Assembly (NCBI RefSeq): GCF_018977255.1
Contig: NW_024704742.1
Span: forward strand, 69,566,001 to 69,630,000
DNA from: Callorhinchus milii
Taxonomy: Eukaryota
Length of the DNA: 64,000 bases
Reading direction: 5' to 3'
The translations under genes were made by a program, and so were the position numbers. Below, piece after piece: positions 61,032 to 64,000 of this stretch. Within the stretch, counting starts at the first letter, position 1. Each line of letters starts with the position of its first letter. The notes below the pieces were generated by a model. It ran no database searches. It saw only the letters and a list, made by a program, of their open reading frames with translations, and was not told the DNA's origin.

Positions 61032-62914
61032 TGCACGTCAGAGATTTGAGTGAACTTCTTCTGTGCTGAAATTCATGTTGTAAATTTCACCGCAACGCAA
61101 GGGGGAACGTAATCTTGGAAAGAGGATTGCATCCATCACATGCTCCCTCACTCCAAGAGCACATCCCACGTTGCTGTCAAACAGCCTGACACAGTTCGCT
61201 AACAAGCTCCTCTGAAAGAATCAATAACACCAGGGTCAGAGAGCAAGGAGATGGCTCTCCCAGGAGCACGTCTGTATAAAGTTAACCCTGTCTACACCAT
61301 TGTCAATTGCATGTTATAAAGGCCTGTGAAACTACCAATTAGCCATGACAACAACGAGCATTCATGTAGGGTAACATCTTAGAACACGTCACAGAGACAC
61401 TGGGACACTGAGGATAGCTCTAGTGGAGGAGCGAGCACCAACACAGACATGATGGGAGAATGAGCAGGGGAATGGGATTAGAGAAGAGAGCCCCAGTGGG
61501 GATGCGAGCACCAGCACAGACACGATGCTCTCTTTCTGTACACGACAGCGTGGAAACTGAGGACTGCAGGTGGAGCAGAGGCGAGAGATGATAAAAATCC
61601 CTTTATGAAAACAAACGAGTTTAGCACAATGTTCAGACGTGAAATAGCACAATGGGCGGAAAAATAAAACTCATTTAATTGCTGGAAATCCCTGCGTTTA
61701 GACACCCACTGACTGGCTTCCATGCTGAAAGTGTTATCCAGCATTAACTGAAAAAAACTGTCACGCACAACAAGCCTTTAAATAACTGTAATTTCACAAT
61801 CATTACCTTTGAATACTTACTAGAGACATAAAAAGAGGGAGGAAGCGCATTTCATTATTTATTTGGCTTTTTGGTTGGTGGGGGATTCATATCACATCTC
61901 AGCACATCTTGACTGATGTGACAAGGTGCTATATCAAATGATAACTGAGGGTTATCATTTATTAATATAATAATAATCATTGCATTTGATATAGTGCCTT
62001 ATCACATCTTTGAACCATCTTATAGTGCTTCACAGGATATACTGTAAAGTACATTGACTATGTATTTTTTGGGTGAAGCGCAGCTGCACAGAGCAATATC
62101 CCACAAACAGCCATGGAGTGAGTGAACAATTTTGTTTGTCAGTCGGGTGTCTGACACATGCGGAAACCCATCACCGTGCTTAAGAGTATCCAAACCAAAC
62201 TGAGAATTTGCATGAATCATTTTTTTATTTGGGGAATTGTTGGCCAGGACATCGGGAGAAAGTCCCTTCTCTTTTCGAATTGTGCTACGGTATTTTTAAC
62301 ACCCACCACTGAACAGGCGGATGAGATCTCGGTTTAACGTCCCATTTGAAGGACAAATCAGCACACCCCCAGCACAGCATTGGAGTATCATCTTATGTAT
62401 TTTGTGGGCCAAACACAAGTGGGTAGCAATGCTTCCTGACCTCAGTTCTAACCGTCTTAGTCTTGACTTTAAGCCTCTTGTAAACGAATCCCTTGTGCGA
62501 GGGGAAGCGTGGTTCCCCGTCTAACCTGCTTTCAATCTCTTAAAGGGAATCGGAGCAGACTGCAAGTGAAAGGCTGAGGCACAGAAGGAAACACAAAGAC
62601 AATAAAAGGGGAAAGCCATTATTCAATTGACATTGTCTCAGATTCCAGGAGCATCCGCTGTCCTTGCTTTAATTAAAGGGGCAGTCTGCTCGCTTTGCCT
62701 TTATGTTTAACGTGCAATCCATCGTAAAATGATGACTGAAAATGCCAATCTTTTCGCTACATGTTTAAGAGCTGCATTTTGTTGATGTATAAAAAAAAAT
62801 CCTTGCATTTGTTCCAGCGCCTTATCATATTGGTAGGACTAGCCTAGAAAGCTGTAGAGGCGGAATCAATAGAAATGCTTAAATTAGACTTGGGCAGTAG
62901 AGGTATTAAGACGT

Positions 62915-63142
62915 ATAATAATAATAATAATCCTTGCATTTGATATAGCACTTTATCAAATTGTCTAGACGTCTCAAAGTGCTTCACAGAATGTATCTGA
63001 AAGTGGAGTGACTGCATTTTGTGGGCGAGACACAGCAGCCAGTTGGGCACGACAATGTCCTACAAACAGTCGTGCAGTGAGCGACCAATTTTATGTTGGA
63101 CGATTGTTGGCCAGGACACCGGGAGAGAGAAACTCCCTTCTC
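62915..63142 (-). mobile_element. Family B SINE 3' half
   Basis: Deu 3' half and (ATT)n tail. Confidence 0.8.
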
Positions 63143-63156
63143 GTATAAGGCAAAAG

Positions 63157-63470
63157 TGTCAGCGTGGCTCAGTGGTAGTGCTCTCACTTCAGAGTCAGAG
63201 TAACAAGGTTGTGAGTTCAAACCCCACGTGGGGACTTGGAATCAAATTGTCCAAGTTAACACTTCAATGCAGTGCTGGTGGTGTGCTTCATTGTTGGAAT
63301 TGTTATCCCTCGGATGAAACGTTATACGGAGGTACCGTTTGCCAGATAACATAACATGTAGGAGCAGGAGTAGGCCATTCGGCCCTTCGAGCCTGCCCCA
63401 CCATTCAATCATGGCTGATCTTCTAATCTAACTCCAGCTAATAATCTAACCTGGTGGATGTTAATGCGCC
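63157..63470 (+). mobile_element. Family B SINE 5' half interrupted by a CR1 3' tail (63347-63451, -)
   Basis: Host GTTTGCC|...GGTGGATGTTAA is split. The insert matches 8718-8812. Confidence 0.78.
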
Positions 63471-63770
63471 ACAGGATTTTACCGTAAAGTGTAGTGATGT
63501 GCCGGTGACCTCGGCAGCACACAGCATGCGATGAATGTCCCGTAAACAGCTGTGAAGCAGGGTACCAATTTTGTTTGGGACAGGAGAGGAATTAAATCAG
63601 TCGTTCACTTCACAGCTGTTTGCGGCGACATCATTGCGCAAACATGCTGCCGCATTCTCGTAGAAAGCACACGGCTCCAGCGCTTTACCATAAAAAAATC
63701 CTGCGAAGATATCCACTCAAGGTGAAAAGCATGCGCATCAAATGCATTGATTTTTATTATTATTGTTTCA

Positions 63771-64000
63771 AGAGCTGTAGCGTATTGGTTAGAGTACTCA
63801 CCTCGCAAGCGAGAGGACTCGGGCTGGATTCTCGGGCGGGGTGAAACCTTAGGCAAGTTTCCTTATTCCATACATATCTGTAGGAACCCGGTTGTCAGTC
63901 GATTGGCGGATCCCTAACTGAGGGTAATAATCCCTCAAAAAAATTGATCACTCAATTCACGACTGTTTGTGGGACACTGCTGTGTGCAACTGGCTGCCAT
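63771..64000 (+). mobile_element. SINE family A, cut by the window end
   Basis: Head and body motifs. Confidence 0.83.

Overview
Repeat-rich eukaryotic (vertebrate) DNA, probably intronic or intergenic. I recognise no intact host protein-coding exon. The repeat content (tRNA-headed Deu-domain SINEs, L2 and CR1 LINEs, a Tx1-type LINE) suggests a cartilaginous fish, possibly a chimaera; this is inference. The most notable feature is a fossil hAT-type DNA transposon at 3324-5938 with 21-bp imperfect TIRs and an 8-bp TSD, plus a paralogous empty site at ~1878-1926. It carries a spliced, decayed minus-strand gene covering just the zf-BED plus adjacent helical region that makes up vertebrate CGGBP1, with no catalytic domain. 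Also present: a composite SINE (tRNA head, CORE-like block, Deu 3' half, L2 tail) whose youngest subfamily has the 3' stem-loop of the youngest L2; an unclassified ~600-bp interspersed family; many nested insertions with readable TSDs; and several repeat-free islands rich in homeodomain/POU/SOX motifs (candidate conserved non-coding elements). Boundaries of degraded repeats are approximate. Family names come from recalled consensus motifs, not from database searches.
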